DNA from: Psilocybe cubensis
Taxonomy: Eukaryota
Reading direction: 5' to 3'
Assembly (NCBI GenBank): GCA_017499595.2
Contig: CM038999.1
Coordinates: forward strand, 310,001 to 374,000
DNA: 64,000 nucleotides
The notes beneath the pieces were generated by a model that saw only the letters and a program-made list of their open reading frames with translations, ran no database searches and was not told the origin of the DNA. How positions within the stretch are numbered: the stretch's first letter is position 1; each line of letters begins with the position of its first letter. A program made the position numbers and the translations under genes. Positions 1-13,147 of the stretch are shown piece after piece.

Positions 1-1373
1 AAAGAGTCAGACGAAAGGTAATAGTTGATCCGTAACAAGATGCTAACCTGCAACGCCTTCGCTATAATCAGATTGCGAAAGGTTGATTGCATTACCATAG
101 CTATAGTTGAAGACCTGGCTGTTATCGATAATTTCTGGAGACTTCCAGTACGCATTTTGCGTTCTTCGGAACGGCAGTAAATCTGAAGCGCAAGGTGAAT
201 GAAATTCCCTTTCCAATTTACATGATCACTTACCGGCTGCGTCTGGTGTCCAGACGTTGTGTGACCTGTGCCAGAGATCGATAACACGATCAACTTGTGC
301 ATGATGCAGATAGAAAATTGGGTCAAAGGCTTATTTTCCTCGTTGTTAGCCATTGCATCATTTTGCGGTGAATATTTAGAATCAACATACCCGCTGTTTC
401 GACGTATTGCATGTTACCCAAGGATCCTCCTGTTCTGATATGGATTGTGTCATGAATACTTTCCAGCCCATCCGTTCCGCTACTCCCAAGTGTGAACTCG
501 TTCCAAGTACCAATTGACATAAGCCTTTGGGTATTGTATTCTATTTGAGGCCCCACAGCCTGGAGAGCGCTAGTACAGCGAAAGAATGTGGGTCATAAGG
601 AACGATAATCAAGACAAACTCGGCGTACTTTCGAAGTTGATCCGGTTGACTATTACCGAATGCATCCGGATATCGTGTAGTGCTGGGCCAAGTATTAAAA
701 GGGGCTATTAATACCGAGTTAGCGCCCGCTGGGTATGTGTATTTCAAGAACGGGTTCTCAACAGCCACCGTGGCCGGACTGTCGGGCTTCAAGATGTCTA
801 CGGTAGGCAAAGTTGTGACCTGAAGAGGAGGAACCATCGTTGCAACCTTATCCCATCCCCAGTATGGCTGGCGCAGGGCAGCTGCTGCAGTCTCCCATGC
901 TGGACGGTCATAGGTATATGTTGCAGCAAGTTCGCGTGCGATTCTCTGTATTTCTTGCTGTAATTCCAAGTCAGCATCAGAATGTAAGAGGTCGCGGTGA
1001 TAGGTTTACCTCAAAGAGGACGATGTATGGCCGATGCCAGGTAGGGAAGAGAGGGGTACCGTGGACACAGTACCCAGTCCCAAAACTGGGCGTGCCATTC
1101 CAATCGACATACGGTTGGCCATGAATTCCACCGATTTGCCAGTGGGATACCACGTCTGTTCTGTCTCTATTGTAATAAATTTCTGATATTAGGAAGAGAT
1201 TAGAAATTTCCACTGTAGCTAACTATCTTCTCAGAATGCTCACGAAGCGCTTGGACATATAGTGAAAATTGACGAATGTCGTTGACGAATGTGGCAATTT
1301 CAAGTCGTGGATGGGCGAGTTGAGTAGGCGGTGGCCGCGGCAGAGCCCCTTCAACAACGACGTGCTGGGCCAT
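1..1373 (-). CDS. Tyrosinase / polyphenol oxidase (type-3 copper), multi-exon, 3' end beyond the left window edge
   Basis: ATG at 1373 ([17 protein letters not shown]); CuA region [33 protein letters not shown]; CuB region [28 protein letters not shown] motif near 100; GT-AG introns. Confidence 0.95.
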
Positions 1374-3078
1374 GGAGGTAGCAGTAAAGGATGAAGATAT
1401 TGAGTGGGTCGCTGATAGTAAAAAGAGGAGAGAAACGATGCATTTCAAGATGGGTGTATCGCTGTTTTTAAGTTGTTCTTGAGAGTGGTTTTACCAAAGG
1501 GTAGCCTCGCCTGGCATACCCTGAAGTGCATAAAACACACCATGTGCCCACAACGGCTTGACATCGTGAATTTTCGCAAACACTCTTCGGTTGCCACTAC
1601 TGCCACAGCTCAAGCTAGCATGAGATATTCCGCAGACAACTTAGTTGTTTTGTGCGTTCTACATTCCACGCCATCTGAAGCGTTCGGAGTAAAAAAAATC
1701 AAACCTGCCGTTTCGTTGTAGGAATATAGAATGTGCATTGCAAATGACAAATGCCCAGTCTTGTCACAGATTACATGTAAAAGTAGCTGTGTAAAGGCAG
1801 TGGCCGAGAATTTTTATATATTATTCCGTAAGTAGAGAGGTGAATGATAGCAGTTCAGTTGGGCTGATGCCTAATTTTGGATAGGTGCCTTAAGATTCAA
1901 TCATTCCACCAAATCATTTCACTAACTAACATTGCGCACCTGAGTCATAACTTAAACACGTTGTACATACTGTGTTATAATTAAGTAGACAGAAAATCGC
2001 CAAATAGTCTTTCAAAGAAGCCGACAAAGTCATCCCGGGTTCCGGTTGTACTTCGTGTTTTTGCAGAGACTGTAGTAGCTGTATGCAATTGAAATCTTTG
2101 TGCTCAGGTTTTGCAGATGTTGAAGAAATCATGAAATAATGATGCGAATTTGAGTGAATATTCCCTCATTTGATGTTCTCATTCTAACAAACAGTCACCT
2201 GCGAGCAATTGTGGCTTTCTTCGCCTCGTATGCGGCTGAACACAGACATAATGACTGCTTAAGCATCAACAATTGTGCCTTGCACTATGCCTAGTATGTT
2301 AACAAGTTACGTTCGCTGAACCAAGTAACTGTAAAGCGGCCACTGATCTACCCCGATGCTGTTTACAGTGGCGTTGAAGATAAAAACAACTAAAGCCGAC
2401 AATGCATTGCGGAGAAAATGCCGCATTGTCAATGACGTTAACGCTATAGTATACCAGGGTCAAACCCTGCCAGAACTGGTACGTTAAACAATAAAATAAA
2501 GCGCAAAGAGTGAACTGATTTCATGCGGATCTTATGGGGTAGACTCACAATGGACTCACCCTCACCTTCTCAAAATTACCCAATTACTGTAACAATGTAA
2601 TTTTGTTGACATTGTAATCGTCGTGAACCATCTTCACAATATCATGTTGGTCTGCTACCCACCCGTCGAGAAGACGAGAAGCTTTCATCGGTTTTTGAGG
2701 ATTTCTTGAACAATTGTCTGCCATCCTCATTAGAAAATTATCAATGCCCAAGGTTTGACTGAAGAATTCGTTTATCGCCTCCGGGGTGGGAAAGAACGCC
2801 CTGAAAACAATTGACTATGCTTTTAGTGTCTACACATTAATCACAGCATTGTAGCAGTCATAAATAAATGACCCACTTCCGTAGAGAGGCCGGTTTAAAA
2901 GGTACAGAATCGTAGCATCAAAAACGTAAAGCTAGCCTGCAGAACATAATGATACAAACAACAAGATATCAAAAAACTCAACATCCCTTTTATCATTCAA
3001 AGACCAATACTCTGCACTAGTGAACTTTGAAGGAGGGCCCTTCACATTTCCCCCTGACAGTCATACGAAAAGGCACCA

Positions 3079-5379
3079 TCATCCCCTACTTTCACGCCAG
3101 CGATCGCCCTCAAACTTCCTCTCCCAAATTCTCCCTGCAGAAAATTGCACACACCTCAATTGTTTGCAGTATCGATTCCATCCAACGAGGTAATCTTTGA
3201 TATCTGGAGACGAGGCGGATTCAAAGCAGTCTTCACCTGCACTCGGACTGGGGGAGGATGGACGATGATCTGAATCGACGAACAAAAGGTTCCCGTCCTC
3301 GTCGAGGAAGTCAAAATCGTCGCCATTCATATCACCGAACGGGACTGCTCCCGAATTTTGTGCATGCCATGCTTGGCCTTGTGCACCTGGTGCGGGGGCA
3401 AAGTGCGCACCCGTAAAGTTGGCGCCGCTGGGATGATTGTAGAATGTCACATTTTGCGGATTGGGTGCTGTATTAATGACGTATGTGTTTTGGTTTGGGT
3501 TTGAAAAGCTATTTCGTTTCGTTACTATGCACGATGCATCGACCATGAGCTTCAGCGTGGTGAGATTCGGTAGGTCAAACAGTATGTTAGCGCCCAGAGT
3601 AACGAGAAAGTCCTATATGGTGCGATAAATGAGTCAATGAGTGGAAGATAAGCAGTTATGACTTACTTCACCCAGTTCTCCTCGTCCGTATTTAACCACC
3701 AACTCTTTGATATCCCTGAATAGCTCCCGCACAGCAAATAGCAACTCCACGTCCCACGTCCTCACTCTCACTTCCAGCGAATGGATGCTTCGCGGGAGAC
3801 GCTCGAGTCCCCTTAATAATAAAGGCAACTCCAGTGCTTCAGTCATCACCACAGTCCTCAGCCTCATATCCTGTCCGTGGGCACTATCACTTTCAACGTC
3901 GACATCCAAAAACGACCTTGCAATCGCCAAGGGTCCCACATAGCTAAACACCCCGCCAATAGGTATATCCACCCCCATAATATGCTGATCTGAGAAATTG
4001 TGCTTCTGCACCACAAGCTTGACACGGGGTCTCCGTCTGCGCCCATTCACTGTGCGCACGCAGCTCCCGACAAACGAGACGAACGAGTCCACGATGTCCC
4101 GCGTCAGCATGGGGATCGTCACGTTCAGCTCCTTTATACTTTGCAGCATACCGGCGGCAGCAACCGCAGCGCTGTCGCGCCCACCCACACTGTCCCACAT
4201 GAACGCCCACGCGTCCGCGACGGCTGTTGTCCATAGCACATTCGCCTTTTCGAGCCCGCTGGCGAGGAGCAGACCAACTGGGTGCAGCCCATGCCGCTGG
4301 CTGTTCGCGCCGTCGTGCAGAGAATGGAGCTTGAGGTGCGTTATTGGCAGGTTCGCAAACGGGAACGAACGCGGGATGGTCATATTGGCTGCCCACTGTG
4401 TGGGAGACCCAGTCCATTGCACTTTCGATTGTGCCCGGGGAGTGATCAAATGGTGGCACCCAGGAGATGGTTGGGATGTCAGCTCAGCCACAGCCGCATT
4501 CTGTTCTGCAAATGATGCTGCAAGCCGGATGTAGGTGCAGTTGACAATTCTGAGGTTTCGAAGAGTGGGTATATCCCGGAGAACGGTGTAGGTATGCAGT
4601 GAAATAATGGTATTCTGAAGACAGAGGGTGTGGAGGGAGGGGAAAAGCGACAGTTGCGTATAGATAGCGTCGTAAAGGCTCTTTGCTGGAGTTGTCTGCG
4701 ATATAGGTCACTACTATTTTAAAAGACATAAGAAATTACGCACATTGAAACCGTAATAGCCAATCCCAAAGTCAAAGCGAACACCAAGGGTAACCTTCCT
4801 AGGCAACATTAGTGGATTCATGTCCCCGCTCTCGTTCTCTGACGCTTCGTCCTCCACTGTACGTTCCCACCAGTGCAAGTTGGCCCACGTCGCTTCCTCT
4901 CTAATCCACAAAAGTTTACGCAGCAGCGGCTTGCAAGCCAGCACCTTGAATCGCCTGCAAACACGCACAATCGCTGCAAGGTCGGCTGGCGAGGAAAGAT
5001 GACCAAATATTTCGAGGAAAACATCGTCTGGGATGTTGTAGGGGTCCATTGGTGCAACCTGAGATTCGGACTTGCTCGTGGACTTCGTTACCGACTTTGA
5101 TGACGATGCTGTGTCTGTGTTGAAATCGGATCCACGAGACGTCCTACTGCGTTTGAAGACTGTTTCTTCTTCAGACTCGTCCACAGCGCTTTGAGAATTA
5201 ATACCGTCGGAATAACCTGACCCGGACAAACAGCGTTTACGCTTGTCTCTCGCTATGGTCACAGCGATATCTAGCTCGGTGTTTTTTGATTTCTTTGTCA
5301 AGTTCAACATGTCGAATAGCGTGCGGTTCAAATCAGTATGTGATAGTTGTGGTTCAAGAAGCTGCTTACAACGTGGCAT
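3079..5379 (-). CDS. F-box domain protein with LRR-like C-terminal region (about 3 exons)
   Basis: F-box-like IPDDVFLEIFGHLSSPADLAAIVRVCRRF; LxxL repeats (LPRSIHSLEVRV, LFRDIKELVVKY, LPNLTTLKL); frame continues across introns near 4690-4740 and 3610-3665; start codon uncertain (5379 or 5310). Confidence 0.75.
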
Positions 5380-5709
5380 TCAGTAGCCACCGCGTGTGCA
5401 GAGTTGGATGTAACGGAAGAAGAGGTGGTATTGTAGTACAAAGAATGTCCTAAATCAGGGACAAGGCCAGGTCCTATTTCAAGTATTTGCCAATGTTGTC
5501 TTTTTGATCTAATCTTCGATGCCGGTGCCTTGTGATAATTCAGGGCACTACACGAGATTGGTTGAAAAAATTACTCTAGACTACCAACGGACTCGAATTG
5601 AAACGACATGAAATCAATTCAATAATAGCTGGTGTATGTATAGAGATCACCGTTGCCTCCGAACGTCGACGAGGGGTTCTGAAAATTTGTTTAATAAAAC
5701 ACCCACTCG

Positions 5710-7039
5710 TTAGTCTGTCAATACTTTCTGCACCCATATATCGCCGTCGTCAGACAACCGGGACATCCTGCTGAGGAACATAGCTTGACCCCGGCTCGGC
5801 TGACAGCTATCTTCGGTTTCGTTTAAGTCATTGCGTCGGGTAGGATCACGGATTATACACCAATCCTCATGTATCAGTTTGATGGTTCTTAGATTAGGAA
5901 GGTAGAACAGAAAGTCCACTCCTAGAATGAGAAAAAGTTCTGAAATAACGAAAAGGTCAGCGAATATCGTCCGCAATTCGTACGGCATAAGTGCAGTGTG
6001 TCAAGTAAGAAATCCACTCGCCGTAGAAAATTTTCCTTTTCCATATCTGACTACTAGTTCTTCGATGCCAGGGAGAGCTCTTTAACGGCGTAAAGTAGCT
6101 CAATGTCCTAATTACCCACATTGAGGGTTAATGATCGGATAGCACTCGGAAGGAAATCCGAGTCGAGGAAGTCCACAAGTCGAGAAAGCTCAAAACGGTC
6201 TATCATCTCGGCCTTTTCCAACTTTGCAAATGACGATGTTAAAAATTCCGAGCCATGAGCGCTACATTCCAAAAATGCTAATGGGCCGGAATAGGCGTAT
6301 ACCAGGGCCAGAGGCAGACGCAGGCCACTGTGTTGCAGAGCCCGTCCAGGATAGGTTTAGGTGTCGAGAGGGTAAGATTTGGGGGCCTAAATTTGCGGAT
6401 TGTGGTACAGGTACAGGTATGGCACCTTCCTCCGTTGAAACTTGACAGTGCCTTGCGAACTTTGGCGTTCTGTTCTGAAAATGAGCCAGCCACTGGCCAT
6501 ATGTACGTGCAGTGCTCAATTATCAGACTGCGGAGTGAGGATATTTGTCGGAGCACAGAGTAGGTATGAACGGAAATAATGGTTTTCTGAAGATGAACGG
6601 TATGGAGACGCGTGAAAAGGGGTAGTTGGGTGTATACTACATCGTAAAGCCTTTGCAAGGGAGTAATCTAGTACCGTCCGATAATTAGTAGACAAGGAAA
6701 TGAATTAGAGAAATGGCAGACTTCACCTCAATCCCGTAATAGTCAGACCCAAAGTTAAAGGGGAGAGCAATGGTAATCTTCCTGGGTAACAAAGCCGTAT
6801 TTCCGATATCTCTATCTTTCTCTGTACCCCTGTCGTTCCGGCGTCTAGCCCAGCTATTTAAGCTGGACGAGACAGGACCCTCCTTTATCCATTTGATCTC
6901 ACATAGTACTAGTAGTTGCCTTCTTCCCAAGTGATGGAATCGTCTACATGTGCGCACAAGGGCAGCGACATCACCTGGCTCCAAGAGCTGCTTGAATATC
7001 TCCAGAAAGACGTCGTCGAAGATTTTGAGGGTGTCCATG
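5710..7039 (-). pseudogene. Degenerate tandem paralog of the adjacent F-box gene
   Basis: IFDDVFLEIFKQLLEPGDVAALVRTCRRF, LPRKITI, LYDVVYTQLPLF and LFYLPNLRTIKL align to the 3079-5379 gene, but the middle is much shorter and broken by stops/frame changes. Confidence 0.65.
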
Positions 7040-8699
7040 TATGTAAACGTGTGATAATTTGAATCGACAGTTGAGTAAAATCGTGAGAGGGAGCAGGACC
7101 CGTAAAACCACATGGTCGCTATATTTTTACATGATTATACTGAAAAATGCGGAGACCGAAAAATGCAGTGATGCATCGAATAATCCCAATAAAGGGGAGA
7201 AAATAGGACAAACAATTAGCACCTATAATATGTCGTGACCACGTTTCATGAGCTTCAAGTTTCTCATCCAGAATCATGAACCCACCCGTAGGTAATAGTA
7301 AAATTAACGTCAATATCATTACTAGTAGTACATGTGTAGTATACATGTTTTTGTGGGTCCATGGCATCCGAGGCAATGAAATTCGCGAATTAAATTCCAT
7401 ATATTCACCGTCAGTCTGGTTGATTGAAAGTATGGTGTACTCAAGACGTCTGTTCACTTTGACGTCTGAGTGCACTAATTAGATATATAGTTCGAGATCT
7501 TGTATTGCTGAAATTCATATTATGCTCAAAGACTCAGACACCAGGATTGGAACGCCTCAGAGCTCTCTCGATTCGGAAGTCAACTCAAACTTTGATCCCC
7601 TTTTATTGAGTTCAAAAGAGTTCGTTGATAATGCAAAGAGATAATGAGGTATCATTACATAGAATAGAAGCAATATGTTGAACGGCTGTTTGCAAAAATG
7701 TCGCTGCTTGTCAATGCCTTCAGCAGTGCTTTTTTGTGAGCCAACAGTCTGCGGGAACGGGCGGCAAATTGTATGAATGTCTGTCACCTCGAATTTTCAG
7801 GACTGACTACCTCTCTGGTCACCTAATGTGAGTCTCATGTAAGTAAGTTGACACACAGTCACGCTAGATAGCACATGTGTTCAAATCCATTGACTCCCCA
7901 ATTCAAATTTGAATAACATCACGATAAAATCAACGGCTTAACTGAAAAAACTACGATTTTTTGTCGTTCGAGAAGTCGTTTGAGCAACCTTCCACTCGCA
8001 TGAATGAGACAGTTTCCTGACGAGGAAAGAAATCGTAGTGTACATTTTATGCTCTAGATATTCTCCCGCTGCTAGATGCCACATGTTATGAACATGAGAG
8101 CGGGAATCTGCTATGCTGACAATGATTGTTGTAGTTTTGAACTAGTAAGACTTAAACTTTGCTCACGGCGGAGACAAACAGAACGTTACTCCTATGGAAG
8201 AACCGGGCCGATATGTTCAGGGCTGGTCAAAATCCACGTAATCAGTGGCGAAAAACTCGGTTGGGTGTTGAACGTTGAACAGGTTCACCCATCTGTATAG
8301 CAATTATTTTCATCTTATACTCTGTTCAGCCATCGCCCAACACATCTATATAATGATTTACAGTTCTGGCAAACGTTTTACCATTGAATTCAACTATTTC
8401 ACACCGTAGAAAAGTAAGAGAGGTTAAATTGTTTCGCAGTGTGGTGGATTCTGTTGGGCATTCAGACATCGTCACCGTGAGTCCTTCTTCTGGATATACC
8501 TGGACTTAAAGCATTGACATTGACAAATATAGATCTACGCTATTTCCGACCGATGTAATCGGCTGAAAGTCAACCAGCTGGCATCGAGAAGCATGTACCC
8601 CATGGTACTTCATAAATCGAATGAGGGGTAGTATCCCAAATTCAATATAAATATGGGATGAAGAGAAACGATTCATCAACCACAACTTCTCTTGACGCC

Positions 8700-10696
8700 A
8701 TGCGAATATTTGTTCTGCTCTGTGGCATATCCTGTGTAGCCCTTGCGCAGGATCTTAAAGGGCTTTTAACTCAGCAGTCTCCAGATGTCAACATCTCCGT
8801 CGTTCTCCCTGGCCAACCAACGTTTGCGAATGCCACACGCCCGTGTATGTGTTTCTATCTCAAAGCAAACTCAATTTCATCTTATGATTCAGTTAACCTG
8901 AGGTTCGACATCGAGCCCGCCGCTGTTGCTTTCCCAACGACAATCCAGGAAGTATCGGATATCGTACAACTCGGCGACAAAGTAAACCATCAGGTTGTAG
9001 CCCGTAGCGGAGGGGTATGTACTATGCTTAATTATGTAAATTCATGTTTTTGAAGACCTCACTACCAACCGCCGCTAGCATAGCTATATTGCGAATGGTT
9101 TAGGTGGAAAAAACGGCACCATTATTGTCGATTTGAGCAACTTCCAAAAGATCACGGTGGACGACAAGTCGGGCACAGCAGTGATAGAGATGGGAAACCG
9201 TTTAGGAGATATTGTCACCGCTTTAGTTGCCCATGGGAGAGCGCTTCCCCATGGGACGTGCCCATATGTCGGGATTGGTGGACACGCTGGTACGCACCCG
9301 ACTAGCAAGAGCTTCTCTGATCAAGCCAGCTGACATGTTAGGTCATAGTCCATGGAGGCTTTGGATTCACTTCGCGATTGTGGGGTCTCACATTGGATGC
9401 AATTCTCTCCATTGACCTCGTCTTGGGGAATGGTACTATTACCACAGCATCCAAAAAACTGAATCCAGACCTCTTCTTTGTATGTCGATCTATATATGCA
9501 ACTTGCTCACCTCCCACGTCATCGCATCCCATAAATAACCATGGTCATCTTTTATACAGGCCATGCGCGGCGCGGGATCTTCGTTTGGCATCGCCACCGC
9601 CATCACCGTACAGACGTTTCCTGCTCCACCGACTGCTACAATCTTTTCATACAACTGGCATTTCACCGCAGCCGACGCAGCCATCGCATTTGCGAAGTAT
9701 CAAAACTTTGTCCTGACTGCGAACCTCCCTCCAGAATTTGGTGCTGAAATTGTGCTCACTCCGGGAGACGTTCAGGGAAATGTCAGTGTTGGCCTTGCTG
9801 GAGGATGGTATCTTCCCTTTGACAGTCTGAATGCGACTCTCAAACCCTTCATGGACGTGATGCCACCCCCAAGAACGATCTCATTTGACACGGGAGATTA
9901 TCTCCACAGCGCTATCAATTTGGCAGGAGGATCCTTGGATACGACAAGCGCACCGGACGGTACAGATACATTCTACGCAAAGTCGTTGATGACTCCAGAA
10001 AAGGAACCTATGTCCGATAAGGCCTTGCTAGCGTGGATGAACACACTTGCAAATGAGGGTTTCAACGCACCTGTGGTTCGTATTGTTGAATCATGAATCA
10101 TTTCCATATCGCACACTTATTTTTTCATATTATTAGGGATGGTTTATTCAAGCAGAGTTATTCGGAGGACATAACTCCGCCATCAACGCAGTCAAATCCA
10201 CTGATACGGCCTTCGCTCGTCGTTCTTCTTTGTTTACAATTCAATTCTACGCCTCGTCACACGGCAACGTACCTCCGTATCCCGCAGGTGGATTTACGTT
10301 CCTCGATGGTGAGTTATCTGATTAAAACCAACGACGTAAAATATTGTTTTAACTTTCTCACCAAATATAGATGTCGTCAACTCGATCGTCAAGAATAGTC
10401 CTGCTAACTGGGACTACGGGTGCATTTCTTTCCTTCAACTTTGATACTGAGTCGACCTAACTAATAATGACATTGTTCTTTCCATAGGGCATACACAAAC
10501 TACGTTGACGATCGACTCCCAGACTGTACGTTAACTCCAGCATACCATCTATTGTGTTTATATTGACTGGGTCCTCGTTTTTTATTTTGTAGGGCAACTA
10601 AGATATTACGCTGAAAATTATCCTCGTCTGCAACATCTCAAGGATCTTTTTGATCCACGGGGTACATTTACGTTCCCTACTTCTATCCAGAAATGA
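8700..10696 (+). CDS. Secreted FAD-linked oxidase, BBE-like / AA7 glucooligosaccharide-oxidase family
   Basis: Signal peptide [24 protein letters not shown] and GTCPYVGIGGH (His and Cys typical of bicovalent FAD); RGAGSSFGI; FYAKSL; C-terminal YTNYVD..YY..NYPRL..FDP; TGA at 10694-10696. Confidence 0.93.
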
Positions 10697-11073
10697 GGTA
10701 CACCTCTTAGCCAGATAATTTATTGAGCAGTAAGTCATTGCTCAGGGAATTGGGCTATGAATGCATTCGTTCGCTGTGATGTGAATAAATCAATGTCAAA
10801 AATGACTTCAAAGTTCAGTAATGGGCCCCGGGGCCAGCAACCCGGAATGCAGGTTCGACGGTAAAGTTCCATGGCTTCCGCCGGAATCCCGGAAACGGCA
10901 GTTGAATGTAATCAGGTTCCGCCAGTAACCCGGAGCGTTTAGCCACCTATCTAGTACTTTCATTTCAGACGGCCGGTTTTCGTGAGCAATCCAAAATCAT
11001 AACTGTATGGTATATCTCTGTCAAGAAAATGTTCTTATGTAGTACAACATAATAACCACTACCCACTTGACCC

Positions 11074-11977
11074 TCATTTCCTTCCCCGAACGGCCCAGAA
11101 ATCAATAGTTTCATTCTGCCCGCTTCCGTGACCCCTTCGAGAGTACATGGAGCTATATTTGACGCGGAAGGTCAGTGTTCCTTCAAATAATTCGAGGATG
11201 TCGCCGTTCTTCTCAACTTTCCTCCACATCGGATGCATCGAAATACTGCCCGACGAAGATGCTATCCCGCATCCGCCGTCTTCAATCACTAGGGACGCCG
11301 TAACTCCAACGCCCTGCCATGCCCCGTGCTGTGCATCCGGACGGCCGAAAACAGACTTGAAGGACAACTTAGGTACCTCCTTTATATTCCTCGCCACAAT
11401 GTCGAACGGCATGTCTTCCATGGGGTCACAGAAAACTCCCGAATCCAGCTTTCCACTTCCGGGCCCGCTGTCGGGCAAGATGAGTTGGGCGGTCCGATCC
11501 GACTTGGCCTGATAGGTGAGAATGGTCTTGTATAAAGCCTCCGGGTTGACGGTCGAACTTCCTTTGGGCAGATAGACGCTGTTGAGGAAAGGGAGATCCA
11601 TGCCGTACAAGTCGAAAGTGCCAATAAACTTTGGTGCTTCCGCCTCGTCGGTTGCCTCCTAGCAGTGGTATATGTCAAATGGAAAACCAAACAACATTAA
11701 ATAATGTAGCCTACAGGTGCTTGTGGGCGATCGGTGGGCGCCGCGGCACCAACGACATCGGCGGGTACTGCAAGCTAGCTTAGATGTTGCACGTAGAAAA
11801 GAAAAGAAAACACGCACCTGCATGTGGTTCGACCTGTCCATCACTTTCTCCTCCTACAGCGGCATTGTTAGATTCAACCCCTTTGACGCGTTTTTTAGTC
11901 TGTTTGTCGCTATCAGTCTTTTCAGGCGAGTGGGCCCTTTTTCTACCCGTCTTTTTAGTGGACACTTTTGCCTGCAT
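11074..11977 (-). CDS. Hypothetical protein (basic N-terminus, globular C-terminal domain ending FWAVRGRK)
   Basis: Open exon from ~11660 to 11074 plus an upstream Lys/Arg-rich exon with plausible introns; 5' structure uncertain. Confidence 0.55.
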
Positions 11978-13147
11978 AGAAATATCAACCCCTAAAGTAT
12001 CGTTCACAATGGGAGAACAAAAGAAAGAATGCTCACATTAGCTGGACTCATATTAGACAATTGTTTAATGGGTTCAGTGAAGTCTTCGATGAAACCGGTA
12101 CCCCGACTTGGGATCGACTTTGGATGATGGGATATAGAGGTAAAGAGTGATTCACTGGCAAATGTGCCTTTTATTTGATCCACTTAAGGGCAAGCACAAT
12201 GGTGATTTCGGGATCGATGATATATCATAAAATCTCGTTCACAATGGATGAGCTGACTGAGGTGGCCCACTTGGCATGTCGGCTGCAGGTTTGTATTACA
12301 TTTTGACAGGAAAGAAGGTCAATACACACCTCATTGAGCTCTCGAACGCTATCGAAGTACACAACACACACTCGGTAAACTATTCTATGCACGGCTTGTT
12401 GCATTCTTACCAGTAGATTTATGAAACGGTGAATCGCATGTCTCGCATCTCTGTTCGGGAGTGCTCCGGCGGAGAGTGAAATTAAAGGCAAGATCACTCC
12501 AACTTTGATCACCACTTGATTCTCCTTGGACTTCTCCAGGTAAGTACAGGTTACAACCCATATCAGAAGAGAGTTTATTTCAGACCTTGAATACCGCAGG
12601 TTTGCAATTAACAAGGTGATCTTGCTATTTCCAAGCATACATACAGTACACAAGCGGACATTGAAAATTAGGTGAGACGAACCATCGGAATTCGAAAATA
12701 TGATTACTTGTATGGCTGTGTATTCCTTGCTCTTTCAGAGCAAGCATCGACAAATAGGTCCCACAATTGGTCGCTAGCGCTCTCGAACTGCTTCGTTTCA
12801 ACTTTCAGCCTGCTGGTGAACGTCGATAACCACCGGGAACCAGTGTCAAAGGTTATCTAAGCCTATTTGCAGTAATATTGGACAACTTCAACGACTTTGG
12901 GAGAACGTTGGGACTCGGAGGCGCTCCGTAGCAGACTCATCGCGTGTTTGCAACGGTTGGAGAGCACCTCGGTATGTACTATCGCTGTCAAACATGATCA
13001 TGCGAATGAATATCGCTGACTCAGTATAATATATCAGATACTTGTTTTAATTTAGGGGCAGTAGGCACCAGAGCTGCCATCGAGCACTGCAAACCATCCA
13101 TTCATCAACTACGAAGTCAGCTGCTTTCCTTTTCCCCGTTGTTTTTC

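Noticed and set aside
1374-1448. Signal-peptide-like N-terminal extension of the tyrosinase shown in the ORF track
   Set aside because: Depends on a TTG start; the first in-frame ATG at 1373 matches typical cytosolic agaric tyrosinase starts
10820-10945. GC-rich CCGG/palindromic patch, similar in character to 50735-50762, as a possible MITE
   Set aside because: No definable TIR pair or target duplication
12225-12940. Possible effector gene divergent from the NLR
   Set aside because: Reading frame interrupted by stops; no recognisable HeLo/MLKL-like domain or matching C-terminal motif
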